From Podospora anserina (Eukaryota), in NCBI GenBank assembly GCA_017654855.1, contig CM030336.1, forward strand, positions 4,092,001-4,156,000: a DNA stretch of 64,000 nucleotides. The letters are read 5' to 3'. Positions within the stretch are counted from its first letter, which is position 1. Each line of letters opens with the position of its first letter. A model generated the notes under the pieces. It saw only the letters and a list, made by a program, of their open reading frames with translations, did not search any database and was not told the origin of the DNA. A program made the position numbers and the translations under genes. Below are positions 60,557 to 64,000 of the stretch, piece after piece.

Positions 60557-62030
60557 CTAAAGCCCCCAGACCCCCCTCCCCTTCCCTTTCCCCTTCCCAA
60601 ATCCCTTACCCCACCCCTTCCCCCTCTTCCCCTTCCCCTTAACCCACTCCCCACCTCTCCCCGTCTTCAACTCCCCAAACCCAACCTCCATCTCCCTCCC
60701 ATTCCAAACAGTATAATACCCCTTCAACACCGGCGTCCCCAAAACCCACGCCAGCCTCCCCCTAATCGGCTCCCTCGCCGTCTGCGTCGGGCTGACAAAC
60801 ACCGCTTGACAGATCCCGGGCCTAGAGTCATCAAACACCCCCAGGTTAAAAGCCCCCTTCACCAACCCCACCTCCACCGACCTCTCCCCAGTCCCAACCG
60901 TAAAAGTGATATCTTCCGTCCACGCGATCTCATCCAACACCTCACACGGCCCTCCCCAACTCCCAAGATTATCCAGCGGCCCAATCTCAGGCGAGAGAAA
61001 ATTGTAGATTTGTGCCGCGGTGGTGAAATCAGGCGTGAGAATAATCGCCGACCCCGTGTCCAGCAGCGTGACGTCGTCACGGATTGCAGAACTGGTGTTG
61101 CTCAGGAGGTACTGGCTGTTGACTCTAACCGCTCTCAATCCCGCAACCCAACTCGCCCTCATAATCGAAAGCTGAACATCAAGGCCGATGGTGCGGACGG
61201 TAGAAGGGTAATACAACCTTGCATCCGTCCCCCCAACCGTCAACTGCGGTTTTGGCCCCAACAGATAAAACCCAAACTCAGGCCCAAGATCACCACCAGT
61301 GTTGTTGATCCAGTTCCAATACGCCGTCTCAAACTCCGCCGTCGTGTTGCTCGCCTGGTCTGGCCAAAAGTCTGTCGGCAAAGGTCCGAGACCAAAGATG
61401 CCATCTGCTGGTTGGGTCGCCAAGCCAGAGGAGTAATAATCGCAAAGCAGAAACTGCTGGTCATAGCCAGTGATAGGAGGGGAGGAGATGGCGACCGTAT
61501 CCGTAACAGCCGTGCAGTTCGCTCCCTGGGAGGTATTCGTCGGCCTCGTCCCCCCGCCCGCCGTCCCAAAAAACAGCTGCAGCGGAATCCCCGGACTGGA
61601 AGAAAACGTCGAAGACAAAAAAGGGTTGAACAAGTTCTGCTCTGGGGAGCATTTCGTGCAATTGTCCCGCGGGAGGAGGAGGTAAGGGGAACCAGTGTCA
61701 AAGATGACTTTGCTGTGTGTTGGGCAGAAGTGTTAGCTGATATAACATACCAGAACAAGAAGAAGCTTACAATCTCTGCGGGGGAATCCCGACAGTAATC
61801 TCACCCGCCCACTGAAGATCAGTCTTTCCCCTTCTCCAGACTTCGAGAGGGATGTTGACTCCCGACGACCACGTCGACCCGACATCCTGCTGCGCTTCAT
61901 TCCCTCCAAGCCCGGGGATTCTCCCAGGGAACCTGTAGATCTCGTATGGCTCGCGGCGGTCGATGGACAGAGCTGATCCAGCAGCTACACAGAGCGCCGC
62001 GCTGGCGGTGAGTGAGAAGGGAAGCTTCAT
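60557..62030 (-). CDS. Secreted pepsin-like (A1) aspartic protease
   Basis: Signal peptide MKLPFS..; intron 61770-61713; ITVGIPPQRFKVIFDTGS, DGIFGLG, LLDTGS, WVLGTPVLKGYYTVW. Confidence 0.93.
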
Positions 62031-62623
62031 GATACTGAGTGTTGGGCGAGGGGTATCTCGATCTTGAACGTAAAATGAGTGTCGTGGAAGCTGGAGCTCG
62101 TATCTCGTGAAGCATCCAAGCGGTTTGTGACGTTTCAAAGATCGCAAGAAAAAAAGAAGAAAAAAAGCAGGAAAATATCCTCCTAAAGAAGATCCCATAT
62201 CAAATATCATAGCAATGAAGCCATGTACAATTGTTTGTTGTTGACAATCCTTGGTGTGTCTCATCCATCAACCTTGTGTTACGATTGTCTACCCCTGAGA
62301 GGATAATACCAAGATGTGAGACCCACCTGAATGCCAGGCACACGCTGCCAACAATCAGCATCATGGCGACCGACAGAGCGGAACAATCCCAAGTAGCTTA
62401 GTATTATGCTCGGTCATCCGATCTGTCAAAAAATTCCAGCCCTTCTAGAAAAGGCTTGCGGAAGCAGGAGCAAGGGACAGTAGGCGATGGCGCAGGCAGG
62501 TCATCCAAGTGATCAAAATTATCAATTATGACGACATCAAATATCCAAAAAGCCATGTACACGTCGTCCGTGGTATTCTCCAAAACGCATGCAAACAAAA
62601 ATAAATACCACAAGCCAACATTA

Positions 62624-63719
62624 TCATTTTTGCCCTCCCACAGGACCACGCATCGGCCCAGTCGTCGCAAGTTCAGTCGGCACATTATGCCCCATCCTGA
62701 AAGCCGTCGAGTCAGTCGCTGACAACTCCGCCATATTCGGGCTCGGCCCCATCGGCGGGAACTGGTGATAGTAGGTAGGCGTCTGCGAGAACTCCGAGAC
62801 GGTTCGGCTGTGGCCGTGCGGTTGGTATGCTTGGAATGAGTGGTGTGGATCATATGGCGAAGGTGATCCTCCAAGCCCTGCTTGCTTGGGCGGGTGACCG
62901 AATCCAGGGAAGGAATTTTGCAGATAAGGAGCTGAATGCCCGTCAGCTTGGAAAACCGGAGAAGTTGGGAAGGGACGTTGACTTACTGCTCTCGGGGCTG
63001 CTGAAGGTCGAGGTCACGGTTGGCTCATAGCCGACAGGTTTGAAGGTTGGAGTTGGCTGATAGCCACCTGCCTCTGTCACGAATGGTCTGATGTGGTTTT
63101 CTTGACTCTGTCGTACATTGCGTCGCCATCTCCAGAGAAGGAAGGCAATGAGGGCGAGGAAAAGGACAGCAGCTCCTGCCGCTATGCCCCCGATTGCTGC
63201 CGGGGGAATGCCACTGTTTGAGCTTGGCGTGGTGGTTGAGAGCTCTGGTCGCGGATCAGCGCCCGTGGTTGGAGTTGGAGTGGCGGTTGGTGTGCTTTGA
63301 GTTGTCGAGGTTGGCTCAATGCTAGTGGTCGTGGGTGAAGCTCCAACGAAGATTTGGCGATTATCCGGGTCAGGACTGAGGCGGGCAGCAACAAGCCGGT
63401 CGGTCGGGCACGATCCTCTATGACATGGGTTTATCTTGCAACAACCCAAGAAGGGTGGTGTGTTGCCAGCACAGGTCCACCACAATGCGCTCGAATCCGA
63501 ACTGTCGCATTCCTGGGCTGGAAGATCGAGGTAGCTGTCCTTGGAGAAGGATGCTGGCCGAAGGTTTTCTGGGGGACACGTTCCCGGTTCTCTCTGATAC
63601 CCAGTGGTGCACGGGTTGATGGTGCAGCAGCCGATGAACTCAGTCTTCTTTCCAAGACAAACATAAAAGGTGCCACCACTGGGGCAACTCGCGCCGAGGG
63701 AAGGAGGGATGTTTGCCAT
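62624..63719 (-). CDS. Single-pass membrane protein with Cys-rich N-terminal domain, Ser/Thr stalk and cytoplasmic tail
   Basis: Exons 63719-62987 and 62931-62624; two repeats CPSGGTFYVC..FIGCCTINPC and WWTC..FLGCCKINPC; TM AIGGIAAGAAVLFLALIAFLLW followed by RWRR. Confidence 0.85.
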
Positions 63720-64000
63720 GTCTGAGATAGCAACGTTCAAAGATCAAAACAAAGATGAAAGGGGGGACTAACAGAGCACCAAAGTCGCACATTGTCCACG
63801 AAAGAAAAGAGGGGCGAACACAGCAGAATATCTATCCCAGACCTCATCCACTATCGTCAACCAGGCTGTAGAGCCTGCAGCTGACACGGTGAGAAAGCTA
63901 CAGTATGCACCCTTACCCGCTCTGGACATGGAGCCCTGCCAGTCAATCTCAACACCAACATCGATAGCTGCAAGCCCACCGCACACCCATTATGCAGCCG

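Overview
Eukaryotic, intron-containing DNA from a filamentous ascomycete. Short GTRNGT..CTRAC..YAG introns, gene density and gene content suggest Sordariomycetes, probably a Podospora-like member of Sordariales (inference). About 19 intact genes are present. Named or family-level calls are a prostaglandin-reductase-type MDR oxidoreductase, COQ1, VMA12, an Eco1-type zinc-finger protein without an acetyltransferase domain, a PsiD-like phosphatidylserine-decarboxylase-family protein, an AT-hook Zn2Cys6 transcription factor, a mitochondrial P-loop NTPase, a Reb1/Myb protein, a copper amine oxidase, an RlpA-like DPBB secreted protein and a pepsin-like protease; the rest are unknowns. The right third is accessory-like, with a decayed divergent S8-protease/ankyrin-repeat pair and a probable PTH11-like remnant. 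Most notable: (1) a 920-aa orphan with a ubiquitin/PB1-like N-terminus and seven tandem HCCC zinc motifs with TAZ-like spacing; (2) two small three-exon paralogues 21 kb apart with identical intron positions, one invisible in the ORF track because of in-frame UGA/UAG stops (pseudogene or A-to-I restored gene); (3) a long, highly base-paired intron with a sequestered alternative 3' splice site in the NTPase gene. No tRNA, rRNA, CRISPR array or intact transposon was recognised. All calls are by eye, without database searches.
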